Source of the DNA: Octopus vulgaris
Taxonomy: Eukaryota
DNA length: 64,000 nt
Assembly (NCBI GenBank): GCA_951406725.2
Contig: OX597834.1
Span: 4,154,001 to 4,218,000 of the forward strand
Direction: 5' to 3'
The notes beneath the pieces are model-generated. The model ran no database searches. It saw only the letters and a program-made list of their open reading frames with translations, and was not told where the DNA came from. Shown here piece by piece: positions 38,953 through 52,617 of the stretch (its first letter is position 1; the number at the start of each line of letters is the position of its first letter). A program made the translations under genes and the position numbers.

Positions 38953-39256
38953 CTTATTTTATACAAATCTTTTATACAAATCTATTAGTTACATTGCCTA
39001 GCATTTCTATGATAACATGTACAAATGAAAATTTATAGAATGGGTATAAGAACTCTAAGTCTCTCATTAGGTCAACTGTTATTTTTTCCCCTAATTTTTT
39101 CTGAATAATTCACATCCTTCAGCAGCTGAACTCTACAACAGCATACAACTTTTACTACCTGTTTCACAGAATGAGATCTCACCTGTCAACTGTACTTACA
39201 CAGGGTTTGGTTTTTATTGAGATGTCACACCAGTTTTCTTTATTTTTAAAGATTTA

Positions 39257-39671
39257 TATTTCTTTATTGCCCACAAGGGGCTAAACATAGAGGGGACAAA
39301 CAAGGGCAGACAAAGAGATTAAGTCGATTACATTGACCCCAGTGCGAAACTGGTACTTTATTTAATCGACCCCGAAAGAATGAAAGGCAAAGTCAACCTT
39401 GGCAGAATTTGAACTCAGAACGTAAGGGCAGACGAAATACCTATTTTTTTACTACCCACAAGGGGCTAAACACAGAGGGGACAAACAATGACAGACAAAG
39501 AAATTAAGTCGATTATATCGACCCCAGTGCAAAACTGGTACTTTATTAACGACCCCGAAAGGATGAAAGGCAAAGTCGACCTCAGCGGAATTTGAACTCA
39601 GAACATAACGGCAGACTAATACAGCTACACATTTCGCCCAGCATGCTAACATTTCTGCCAGCTCGCCACCT
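39257..39671 (-). mobile_element. SINE family B dimer
   Basis: TSD ATTTTTAAAGATTTA (39242-39256 / 39673-39687). Confidence 0.88.
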
Positions 39672-40327
39672 AATTTTTAAAGATTTAGATAAAGTCATGC
39701 ATTTTGTATAACCATCAAGACAAATTCTTCCTGTGCATTGCATTGTAGATAGTTCTAATGACAATGGCATGTGTCATGGACCAATAGTATCTTGCAGACA
39801 TTTTTGGACAGCTGCCATCAGGCACAGTACCAGGAATTTTTCAAAGGGAGGGCACAAGGTCAGAAGGGAATACAATTCCAGGAGAAAAGGGTGTAAAAAC
39901 ATTATTTAGAAGGGTACGCTTCTTTTCTTGAAGTGGAATGAATCCATCAGGCACACCCCTTGGGCCCACCCTTGGCCATACATACATGGAGACAGAGTGA
40001 GGGAGAATGTAGTAAAGAAGGATCTTTTCTGTTGTTGTCACAGATTTTGAACTTTTAAAATTAAGTGAAAATTTTCAAATTTAGTACATTGATGTACTTT
40101 TTTTTAATGCTGAATCCAATTTTGTTACTCAATTATTCCAGAAAAATTTTTGGAAAATGTTTACAGAGATTTAAAGTTTGATAATTTTTACTCTGATGGA
40201 TTTAGTTGAAAAATGAACCCCAGCTGTCAAGTAGTGATGGGTGACAAACACACACACACACACATAATTATATACTTATATATACATACATACATTCATA
40301 TATATATATATATGTATATATATATAT

Positions 40328-41380
40328 CTAGGGCAGGCAAAATTCCCGAGATTCATGGACGAGTTCTCTCCAGCATTTATTGTCCCTCATCATCATCGCT
40401 GCCATGTCCTTGTCTCACAGGGACCAGTGTCTGTCCTTAGGGCATCAACATATATCATCCTCAGTCTCCCTCTTCTAGTGTGTTCATGTAGGGGCTCCCA
40501 CAGGAGCTCTGAGTGCAGTATCAACTCTGAATGATTATGTAGACCACTCCTAACAAAAGCCAGAGCTTCCTTCAACCACAACATAAAAAGTATTAAGAAA
40601 AACAATGTTATTTAGATATACTTTTATTTCTGTTGTTTACACTACTTTACGCTTGTTTATACTCTTATACATTCAAAGTTCACAGATTTCCTTGTTTAAA
40701 TTATGAATCATATTCCTTTCCACAATATCAAAATTTCTTTGTAGATGATATTTTCTGTTTGGTCGAAACTAATTTTCAAATTACTGGAGTCTGTTGCTTT
40801 ACTCACAGCGAAGTATAACTGGCTGTGTGTAAACATCGGGATGGGTAAAAATACACCTACATGATCTAAAGTCTGGCCTTGTGCCTTGTTTGCTGTGAAT
40901 GCACGAGAGGAATCTTTAGGGTTGCAAAATATCAAACTAAGACTTATCTCTCACTGTTCTATATGAATAATGTCTGGATGTTCTGGTACCATGGATTATT
41001 TTGATTGACAAAACTGAGATGTAAACAACAGCTGCTTCGATTAGCCATTTCAAATCCTGCTCAAGACTGACACACTCCAATAACCACTAAATAATCACAC
41101 ACACACTATGTACTGACACACACTTTTCCCATTTTATTTCCCCTGTTAACTGTCCCCCCCCACCACTCTTCATGTCTATGATTAAATGTGAAGGTGGTTT
41201 ATCAATTCAAAAATCGATATCCACAAAATAATCATACTTTCTGATCTTTTAATGCTAAAAACCTTCCTTAATGACTGTCTTTGTAATCCCGAAAAATATT
41301 GTAACCATTGGGCTAGGAAGAGGGGACAGACAAAAAGATGGACAGACAGACAGATGGACATAACACTTATTATAGTAAGA
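40328..41380 (-). mobile_element. Internally deleted Helitron with helicase C-terminus (about 40710-40905); second 5' end copy ending at 42002
   Basis: AFTANKAQGQTLDHVGVFLPIPMFTHSQLYFAVSK..TENIIYKEIL (PIF1 C-terminal motifs); 5' A|TCTTACTATAAT followed by (GTCT)n; 3' CTAG tentative. Confidence 0.75.
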
Positions 41381-41506
41381 TAGCAAATCTACCTATCTAT
41401 GATAGGAAATAGAGGGATATTATCGCAAATCTAAACCCTCTAAATTCATGAACTATACGGGGTGGGGGTGGGGGAATCCAGAGTTAATCCTTGTTGCCGG
41501 AATTTT

Positions 41507-41810
41507 AACAAATCAAAATCAAAATCAAAATTAATGGAAATTGTAGCTGTAATACCAGTGCCGGTGGCACACAAGAGAACCATCCGAATGTGGCCGTTGC
41601 CAGTGCTGCCTCAACTGGCCTCTGTGCCGGTGGCATGTAAAAAGCACCCACTACACTCTTGGAGTGGTTAGGAAGGGCATCCAGCTGTAGAAACATTGCC
41701 AAATCAGACTGGGCCTGGTGCAGCCTTCTGGCTTCCCAGACCCCAGTTGAACCGTCCAACACATGCTAGCATGGAAAGCGGACGCTAAATGATGATGATG
41801 ATGATGATGA
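41507..41810 (+). mobile_element. RTE family 2 3' UTR fragment
   Basis: Core and (GAT)n tail. Confidence 0.85.
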
Positions 41811-42191
41811 AGTCAAAGGTGATTTATTAATACAAAACTCAATATCCTCTAAATAATCATATTCTTTTTCATTTTTGTCACTAAAAACCTTCCTAATTAC
41901 CTCCTTCATAATCCTGCAAAACATTGTGATCATTGGTCCAGCCGTTTGAGCGTGAAGAGGGAAAAGATCAGACAGATTGACATAATGCCCATTATAGTAA
42001 GATATTTGAAATCAACCTTTTAGAGTTTTAGAGTTCATGTCTGTGCGTTTTGCAAGAATAGCTTTGCTGTTTTCATGAATGAACACCACTCCTCATTAAG
42101 ATGTTGAAAAGAAGAGGAAACGAAAGGAAAATACTATCAAAGTTTCTTTTATGCTGTGGTTATGGGGTGTGCGATAAAATTTTGTCCTTTT

Positions 42192-42239
<48 letters not shown>

Positions 42240-42906
42240 CAAAAGGAAAAGAGAAATGCCTGAATCATTTTCAAACATATGTTGTCATTCCTTTAAGGAT
42301 TACGCACATACCTCTACCTGTGTCAACTTCATGCTATTGTGTTCTACTTAAGTAATACCACAAAATGACAGCTGACATAATTTTTATTAGATCAACAGGT
42401 ACACAGGTAAATACTTTCATACTGGTTCTACTGACAAGCTACACCCTCTACTCATCTTCATCATCATCATCATCATCATCGTTTTGATTATTACTAGATT
42501 TGGAACTTACACTCCTCTTTCTCTTACCTCAATGAAAAACAAAAAAAAAACCCTGTGTGTATTGAATGTTTTCTTGTAGGTTTCCCAATTCTGGTATAAC
42601 TGGTATAACTGTCTTTTACAAATTTACAAATTCAAACATTCACGGTAACAATTAGCGGTTTCAGTTAACAAGAATCTGTTCAGAGACAACAAAGAGAGAT
42701 GACAGTGTTATATAAATAGACATATTAGTTAAACTGAAGTGTTTCTTCAATAACTAAAGGAATACTCAGAGGTTTAGAAATATTCAAGTGATAAGAAAAA
42801 TATTTTTTTAGAAATGAGGAATCGCTGAAAAAAATAATTCATCAGTGTATTAAATTGCATTTAAAAAATGTCACATCATGATAAGGGTTTTGTAATCAGT
42901 ATTCAG

Positions 42907-43470
42907 CCCTTTAGCATTTAAACTGACCAATTCCAACCCAAATATTCTACCTGCTTTATATAATAATAATAATAATGAAATTATTGTATACAGTTCTCAG
43001 GTGCACCACAACCTGTCAAAAAGTGCATATAAAGTACATGCAGTAATGTAAAAATGTTTGGAAAGTGAACAATGTATGAGTCAGATACATGCTTGTGTGT
43101 GTATGGAGGGGAGAAAATCAGGTGTAGTGTTGGCGAATCTCAGGAAGCATGGAAGTTTTGAAGGATGCAGTGCTCCGACAACTAACAACTGATGCCGGCA
43201 GTTTGTTCCACGCTTCAGCAACTCTCAACGTGAAAAAATGTTTCCTGGAGTTATGGGAGCTGTGCTGTTTTCTGACTTTGTAAATATGTCCACGGGTGTT
43301 AGATGGGTACTGACCAGATCTGTCTTCTCACACCTACCCTACAATGTTATTCTTAAATAAGACAATCACATCATCTAAAATCTCTTAGTTACAAGATAAT
43401 ACATGATTAATTAAAAAGCAATGTGAATAGATATCACATTTGACAGAGTAATCTCAGTGCTAAAGAGTTA
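42907..43470. mobile_element. piggyBac-like MITE with a nested CR1 3' end
   Basis: CCCTTTAGCATTTAAAC ... GTGCTAAAGAG|TTAA. Confidence 0.75.
42960..43308 (-). mobile_element. CR1 LINE 3' end with (ATT)n tail
   Basis: SNTRGHIYKVRKQH..RKHFFTLRVAEAWNKLPASVV..SFK. Confidence 0.88.
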
Positions 43471-44289
43471 AAGAATATTTGTGTGTGGGTATGTGTGAGT
43501 ATATGCGGGTGCAGGTGTGTAGGTGGGTGTGCAAGCACGTATGCTATTTCAATGATACACCCAAACAACCACCCACACACACACACACACAAATTTATAC
43601 TTGAGGACCTGATTTGTCAATCAATAACGATGGTAGGTATCTTACTAAACTTTGTGGTAATAACGTTTTAGACTTATCACTCCCAAAAATATACGGATTT
43701 GATTACTTTTGATATGTACTATACGTGGTAGTCAATGACTCACTTGTTTTACTACATTATGTTATTTTCTACTCTAAATGCTTCACCTAATTTAACAAAG
43801 GTTGGCCATCCGTATGTATTTGAAACTGCCAAAATATGTGCATATTTACACGTTGATACTTGATCTTACAAACAGGTTACATACATTTTCTGAAGATTTT
43901 TCAAGAGATGGCCGGTTTATTTTATGCAAAAACAACAAATGCACACAATAATCATGTCAGCAAATTGAATAGAAACGGTAACAGAGGAATGTGGAAGAAC
44001 ATATAAAGTAGAATAATTAATGATGGGTTAAGTGTAAATCCAAATGCATTTAGCCTATTAGACATATACTGATGAGACAAAGTGTGTTATAGATGGCATT
44101 GTCATACTATTATAAAAGCAGGGAGCTGCGGACTTGTTAGCATGCCAGACAAAATGCTTGTCGAAAGCGTTATGACCCTAACTTGGTGTCCTTAATTTTA
44201 AAATACCTTAATTCAAATAATCTTACAAATAATTACTTATATATACATAGAATAATCCTTCAGTTTAATGTTAAATTGTTTCACTTATA

Positions 44290-44525
44290 CATTAATCCTT
44301 CGCCATATTACGGTTCACCTATTGCAGTTCACCTGTCACGGTTTATTATTTAAGCTAATGTCAATTCCTTCAGGGTGTTTTTTTGCATTTATAATAAAAT
44401 AAATATATACAAATTATAAAAATAATTTTAAAACTATACTGCTCAGTACTGTTTCTACTTTGTGGATTTTCACTTATCGCGGAGGGTTTTGGAACGTAAC
44501 GCCTGGGGTAGTCATGGGATTACTG
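44290..44525. mobile_element. Tigger/pogo-like MITE
   Basis: TA|CATTAATCC ... GGGATTACTG|TA. Confidence 0.6.
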
Positions 44526-44719
44526 TAATTTGACATAAAAACAAACATTAATACATTATTATATACACACACATACAAACAGACTTATTTGGAGTATGTA
44601 TATTTAATTGATTCAGTCTTTCTTTCTGGAAGTAATATGAGGTCTGTATAGGGATGAAGACCTGTTCTTCCTGGACAGATGTAGTAGAGTACAACTAGAG
44701 TACAACTAGAGTACAACTA

Positions 44720-44990
44720 GGAAGGCACAGGAAACATTTCTTTAGATTTAAAAAAATTTAGGACTCAACATTACTATAGGAACGGATTATCCTAAAGTAA
44801 ATTTCCTTGACGCCACCTTCTGCCTTGATACTGGATTAGATGAACCATTTCATAAACCAAATAATAATATTAAGTATATAAAGGTAGCCTCCAACCATCC
44901 ACCCTCAATAATACAGGGATCAGTTAAGAATATTTCTACAACAATTTTTAGGTGATCTGCAAAAACAAAAATATTTGACTCACATGCACA
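44720..44990 (+). mobile_element. Penelope-like element RT/thumb relic
   Basis: KVNFLDATFCLDTGLDEPFHKPNNNIKYIKVASNHPPSII. Confidence 0.8.
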
Positions 44991-45216
44991 ATATTACAAT
45001 ACTGCTGCAGCTAGGGCTGGATACCATGAGGAAATACATTACATACAAGTCACAAGCATACGTAACCCTGACAATTCCTCCATTAATAACACACACACTG
45101 TACACCGACACAACATTATGGTATGCGGACTGTCTCAGATCAAGAACACCGGCCAGAAAGAATTGGTCGAGGCAATAAAACTCATAGACACGCACAACAT
45201 AATAATTCTAATGCTC

Positions 45217-45498
45217 TTGCCAGCCTCGCCTGGCCCCCGTGCCAGTGGCACGTAAAAAGCACCATCCAATCATGGCCGTTTGCCAGCCTCGTCTGGCACC
45301 TGTGCCGGTGGCATGTAAAAAGCACCCACTACACTCACAGAGTGGTTGGCGTTAGGAAGGGCATCCAGCCGTAGAAACACTGCCAGATCAGACTGGGCCT
45401 GGTGCAGCCTTCTGGCTTTCCAGACCCCAGTTGAATCGTACAACCCATGCTAGCATGGAAAGCGGACGCTAAACGAAGATGATGATGATGATGATGAT
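45217..45498 (+). mobile_element. RTE family 2 3' UTR fragment
   Basis: Core, internal repeats and tail. Confidence 0.85.
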
Positions 45499-46000
45499 AT
45501 CACAATAAAGTCTTCCAATCCTGTACAACACACAAGAACAAATAAGCCAAACAGCATTATAGGAATCATGATGTCCTTTGGTACAACTCAATCTTTGGGT
45601 CACATGTTTCAACCAAGATTGCGAGGAATCTTTTTTGCTTCTTTAGGCAAATGTTTCCCTAAATCTAACAGATTCCATGCTATTCTTGATAGGTTTATGA
45701 AATGGTTCATATAATCCAGTATCAAGGAAATTTACTTTATGATAATTCGTTCCTAAGGTATCTTATGCCAACTCTATTTATTCAAAGCAGCATATGCACT
45801 GCACTGCATAAATAGAAGTAAAATGAAACAACAGCTCAATAACCCTCCGACTGGAACTAACAAACATATGCATCAAAGTACCAACAAAGGAAATGTAAAC
45901 CGCAATGAAAAGCACCAGATTGTGATAGTAGAAATGACTGTGATATAGCTAACACGGTAACGACACTGGAAAATGAAGTCAGAACTACCATATATACAAA

Positions 46001-46352
46001 TCATCATCATCGTTTAACGTCTGTTTTCCATGCTAGCATGGGTGGACGGTTCGACCGGGGTCTGGGAAGCCAGGAGGCTGCACCAGGCTCCAGTCTGGTT
46101 TGGCAGTGTTTCTACAGCTGGATGCCCTTCCTAATGCCAACCACTCTGTGAGTGTAGTGGGTGCTTTTTACGTGCCACCGGCACAGGTGCCAGGCGAGGC
46201 TGGCAATGGCCACGATCGGTTGGTGCTTTTTACATGCCACCAGCACGAAAGCCAGTCAAGGCGGTGCAGGCATCGGCTACGTTAGATGGTGCTTTTTATG
46301 TGCCACTGGCACAGGTATCACAACTACAATTTCCATTGATTTTTGATGTTGA
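46001..46352 (-). mobile_element. RTE family 2 3' UTR fragment
   Basis: Core, internal repeats and tail. Confidence 0.85.
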
Positions 46353-46986
46353 TACAAATAAATATAATAAATGCTCATGTAGAGAAAAATGCACCATGTA
46401 CACAAGGGGAGAGAGCTACATGTTTATATGGGGGCAATGGCTGATTCAGTCAGGAATTGTTATCACAACCATGTGGCCAGCTTCAAGAAAATCCATAAGA
46501 GGCATTCTACATCTTTGGCTGATTTTGTGTGGTGACTTACGGAAGATAGAATTAAATATAACATATCTTGGTCCATAGTAAGGCACACAAAACCACATGA
46601 TATCATTTCCAGGAGATGCTGACTCTGCCCCGAGGAATCCTTGTCTATTCTGTGAACTAATGAGAGGATCATTAATAGAATTTTTGGAAGACTCTTTGTT
46701 GTTTTTATAAAATCTCAGAAAATAATTAAAAATTCACATTTTTTATCAAATTATTTTGTTATATTTGTCTATCTATCCAACTGTAAACATTTTAAATATT
46801 TCACTAACTTTTTGTTATAACTTGGTAAAAGGGTACAGATTTTGGCCAAAAATTGCCAAATTTGTTCCCAAAGTCTTCTTTATCCACAACCAGAATTGTA
46901 AACTTTATATGCATGTGTAATGTGTGCATGTGTGTGGGTTGTGTGTAGCAGTTGATGTGTGCTTTTTCATGTGGTATGTGCACATG

Positions 46987-47021
<35 letters not shown>

Positions 47022-47205
47022 CACTGTGACTAAATAGTGTACATGTATATAGTGTGTGTGGGCAAAGGTTATCTTTGTCTGTGTGTTGCATGTGTGTGTG
47101 GATGTCTGCTTGTGTGGGTGTAGGAGTGTGCATGGTGGTGTGTGGTATGTGTACTGAGTTAAACAGTGTGTGCAGCTGGTCATATAGTGGTATGTGTGAT
47201 GACAC

Positions 47206-47591
47206 GCTGGGCGAAATGCTTTGTGGTATTTCATCCGCCACTGTGTTCCGAGTTCAAATTCCACTGAGGTCGACTTTGCCTTTCATCCTTTCGGGGTCGA
47301 TTAAATAAGTACCAGTTATGCACTGGGGTCGATATAATCGACTTAATCCGTTTGTCTGTCCCTGTTTGTCCTCTCTGTTTAGCCCCTTGTGGGTAGTAAA
47401 TAAATAGGTATTTTGTCTGCCGCTATGTTCTGAGTTCAAATTCTGCCGAGGTCGACTTTGCCTTTTATCCTTTCATGGGTCGATTAAATAAGTACCAGTT
47501 ATGCACTGGAGTCGATGTGATCGACTTAATCCGTTTGTCTGTCCTTGTTTGTCCCCTCTGTGTTTAACCACTTGTGGGCAGTAAAGAAATA
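47206..47591 (+). mobile_element. SINE family B dimer, 5'-truncated
   Basis: 17-bp TSD GGTATGTGTGATGACAC (47189-47205 / 47592-47608). Confidence 0.9.
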
Positions 47592-47869
47592 GGTATGTGT
47601 GATGACACTGTTGAAGATTATGTGTGGGTGTGTGGATGACGTGTGTGGTGTGCCTGCTGAGAAGTGGGTTGGGAAGGTGTTGTGGATGTGTGGGTGTAAT
47701 GGTGTGTGAAGTGAGTAATGAGCTGAACAGTGTGTATGGGTGTGTGTATATTGGTGCATGTGGGTGAGGGTACAGAGGTGGGCGGTATGCAGGTACATAG
47801 GTGGAGGGGCAGTTGAATGTGGGAGGTAAGTGGGAATCCATGTGGGGTTGGTGTCAAATGAAGAGAGGA

Positions 47870-48525
47870 GGTGAGCTGAGCCCATGTGGCACAAAGGAAC
47901 AAAGAGAAGATTGATTCCTGTTCGTGACGAAGGCAGGAATCTGGGTGGCCCCTGTGCAGAGACAGTCTGAACACTGACAGATGCTGTAGTAAATGGCTGG
48001 TAGAGCAGAAATGGCACGAGATCGAGGTGTCATTGCTGAGTCTGATGTCTTGGACAGGCTCCACAAACTGGTTAACCAAGTGTCGTCCTGTTTGACCAAT
48101 GTACAGAGAGGGCAGGAGATGCAGTAAATATATTTCTTTACTACCCACAAGGAGCTAAACACAAAGGGGATAAACAAGGACAGACAAACGGATTTAGTCG
48201 ATTACATTGACCCAGTGCGTAACTGGTACTTAATATATCGACCCCGAAAGGATGAAAGGCAAAGTCGACCTCGGCGGAATTTGAACCCAGAACGTAACGG
48301 CAGACGAAATACGGCTACGCATTTAGTAAATAACATTACTAGAGGTGCAGGTAAAGAAGTTGGTGATGTGATAGGGATAGTGATGAGTGCCTGTGAGGAT
48401 GGTGGTGTTGGAGAGATAGGGGAGGTGCAATGGAATGGGTGGGAGCTGGGGAAGGAGAAAAGTTGAGAGGCAGGGGTAGGGAAGAAACTGTAGACTAGGA
48501 GGTCATGCAGGGAATACATCCACTG
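47870..48525 (-). mobile_element. Penelope-like GIY-YIG endonuclease relic, split by a SINE B at 48131-48324
   Basis: ITNFFTCTSSNVIY / C..LYIGQTGRHL..F..DIR..HF..H..EQESIFSL..PHGL. Confidence 0.85.
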
Positions 48526-48638
48526 GTTTTCAAAAATAGAAATATTAAGATTTCTAAATCTCTCTAAAGGAGACTGAATTTAGGTAAATAAACCTTCAAA
48601 CAGATGGTCAGAAGCAACACCTGTTGGATTCAGCTACT

Positions 48639-48679
48639 CCACATTGATGAGGGGTAACTACCCCGAAACTAGTCTGTGG
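48639..48679 (+). ncRNA. Minimal type I hammerhead ribozyme-like motif (C3U variant)
   Basis: CCACA-TTGATGA-GGGG(TAACTA)CCCC-GAAA-CTAG-TC-TGTGG: stems I and II, palindromic minimal stem III, GUC triplet. Confidence 0.7.
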
Positions 48680-49121
48680 GTGTCAAACAAACAAGAGGAA
48701 GCTGCTGACCTCCCCTGTTCGAAGGTTATAATGGACACAGGTTCATGTGTCACAGAGGTGGATTCACATATTAGTGTAGCTCATTCAGCGGTGGTGCCCG
48801 AGCATGGCTGCGGCCTTTGGGCTAAAACATTTTTAAGGATTTAAGGATTTATATAAATATTAAGATTTATATATATATATCACATGATCACGTGACCGAC
48901 CAGGCTATCAGATGTTGTTACACATCACTGGTCACAATGCGATGGTCTCTAGGAGCTAATCAATGGCAGCATTCGTACTCTTTTCCTGGACTGCCATATT
49001 AGCTTGGCAATAACTATTAATATCCAGTACCGCTGCTGTAGTCTCCTTTAGAGAGACTTAGAAATCTTAATATTTATATGTATATATATATATCTTAATA
49101 TATATATATATATATATATAT

Positions 49122-49305
49122 TCCGGCAGGGTGTGGTGGCGATCCCTGCTGTACTCTTTCACCACAACTTTCTCTCACTCTTTCTTCTGTTCACCTGCCC
49201 GCTTAGCCAGCGGGGTGGCGTCATTTGAAGGCTAAAACAATGCATAGCGCATTGTGACCAGCGATGTGTAACAACATCTGATAGCCTGGTCGGTCACGTG
49301 ATCAC

Positions 49306-49308
<3 letters not shown>
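49122..49308 (+). mobile_element. SINE family C 3' half
   Basis: Matches about 2373-2554. Confidence 0.85.
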
Positions 49309-49524
<216 letters not shown>

Positions 49525-49539
49525 CTTAATATTTATATA

Positions 49540-50259
49540 AATCCTTAAATCCTTAAAAATGTTTTAGCCCAAAGGCCGCGGCCATGCTCGGGCACCACCG
49601 CTGAATGAGCTACACTAATATGTGAATCCAACTCTGATATATGGCACTTGGTCAACAAGGGAGTTCGATGCCGCTGCCCACATCTGTGTTTCCTGTCATG
49701 AGGTAGGTTCATCTGGGACCCCCGACAAGAAGAGATCCAGTTTAGTTTTAAAGAACCCCACATCCACACCATGCAAGTCTCTCAGGCATTTAGGGAGGAT
49801 GTTAAAGTGCTGTGGTCCTCTGAAACCCAAGCTGTTGCAGTATCTGGTCCTGTATTTTGATGGTGATGTTGGAATCTTTGGCATAATGCAGTGACGCCCC
49901 GTTCTGCGGATGGGGTAACTTTGAATGCCAAAGTTTGGGACAAGACCCTCCAGGATTTTCCAGATGTATATCACCGCATATCTCTCCCGCCTTCGCTGTA
50001 GGGAGAAGAGGTTTAATACTTTCAGTCTTTCCCAGTAGCTGATATGTTGCATTGAGACAATCTTCTTTGTGTAGCTTCTTTGAATTGCTTCGAGTTCTGC
50101 TGTTAGTTTTATATTATGTGGTGACCATAGTTGGGAGCAGTAGTCCAAGCATCTGAGGATGAAAGTTTTCCACAGGACCATCAGTGTCTCCTTCTCTCTT
50201 GTTCTGAAAGTTCGGAGAATCCATCCAGCTAGCCGTCTGCATTTTATCACCAAATTAGT

Positions 50260-50260
<1 letters not shown>
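49540..50260 (-). mobile_element. CR1-like LINE 3' part with (TTTAAGGA)n tail
   Basis: [45 protein letters not shown]. Confidence 0.9.
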
Positions 50261-51075
<815 letters not shown>

Positions 51076-51164
51076 TCATCATCATCATCATTTAAACAAT
51101 TACTTTTCCATGGTTGCATGAGCTAGATTGAGTTTAATGAGGAATATTTTCTATGGCTGGATTC

Positions 51165-51210
<46 letters not shown>

Positions 51211-51590
51211 ATAAATACACACACAGATACTCACACACACACATACACCACGCTTGCATACACACACACACACACGTATATATAAGCATGCTTGTATGGC
51301 TGTGTTGTTAAGATTCTTGCTTCGTAGTCGCTTGGTCCAAAGATCTTGTGGTAAATCTGTGTCATGGATAAATTTATATTTAGCAGCGATAACATCTGTG
51401 CTATATTTGCCATAACATTAATTCTGGATGGAGGATTGTGTCTGACGATTCTCATCTCCTTATGTTTAAATATTTCCATGAAAGATATCTTATGTTCTGT
51501 AATTTTTGACTGTTGATGATAATGCAGAATTATGAGGCCAGCCTGTTGAATATTCCCTTTCACATGATATATTTGGTATTCTCCAACAAT

Positions 51591-51779
51591 AGGCGTAGGA
51601 GTGGCTGTCTGGTAAAATAGCTATAGGCATAGGAGTAAGTAGCTTGCTTACCAACCACATGGTTCTGGGTTCAGTCCCACTGCGTGGCACCTTGGGCAAG
51701 TGTCTTCTACTATAGCCTCGGGCCGACCAAAGCCTTGTGAGTGGATTTGGTAGATGGAAACTGAAAGAAGCCCATCATA

Positions 51780-51824
<45 letters not shown>

Positions 51825-52035
51825 ATATGTTTGTGTGTCTGTGTTTGTCCCCCCAACATCTCTTGACAACCGATGTTGGTGTGTTTACGTTCCTGTAACT
51901 TAGCGGTTCGGCTAAAGAGACAAATAGAATAAGTACTAGGCTTACAAAGAATAAGTCCTGGGGGTCGATTTGCTCGACTAAAGGCGGTGCTCCAGCATGG
52001 CTGCAGTCAAATGACTGAAACTAGTAAAAGAATAA
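51591..52035 (+). mobile_element. SINE family A with partly duplicated head
   Basis: Head, internal microsatellite and tail. Confidence 0.88.
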
Positions 52036-52249
52036 AAGAAATAAAAAAATAAAATATTATCTACCAGGTTTTGTATGAATTTTAAAAAGTGGAAGAATCT
52101 TGGTTGCCATATTGTTTTTCCCTTTTGATTTTTGGTAAGAGTTGTTTTTACCTGTCTATAAGTTTACTGTGATAAGTAGAACATTCGTTATTTCAGTGGT
52201 TACAGAAATAAACTGGTTACAGATTCTTATGTTGAATTCTTTGGATATG

Positions 52250-52617
52250 CAAAATCGAAATCGATCAACATCAATGGAAATTGTAGCTGTGATACCAGTG
52301 CCGGTGGCACATAACAGAGCCATCTGAACGTGGACGTTGCCAGCGCCACCCCGACTGGCCTCCGTGCCAGTGGCACGTAAAAAGCACCATCCAATTGTGG
52401 CCATTTCCAGCCTCGTCTGGCACCTGTGCAGGTGGCACGTAAAAAGCACCCACTACACTCACGGAGTGGTTGGCATTAGGAAGGGCATCCAGCTGTAGAA
52501 ACACTGCCAGATCAGACTGGGCCTGGCACAGCCTCCTGGCTTCCCAGACCCCAGTTGAACCGTCCAACCCATGCTAGTATGGAAAATGGACGTTAAACGA
52601 TGATGATGATGATGATG
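52250..52617 (+). mobile_element. RTE family 2 3' UTR fragment
   Basis: Three internal repeats, core and (GAT)n tail. Confidence 0.85.

Noticed and set aside
44069-44175. Second hammerhead (CTGATGA-GACAA..TTGTC-GAAA)
   Set aside because: Stems I and III do not form and the right half derives from a SINE head. Similar core-like hits near 27470 (minus), 53159, 54448, 60140 and 61373 lack stem II or GAAA
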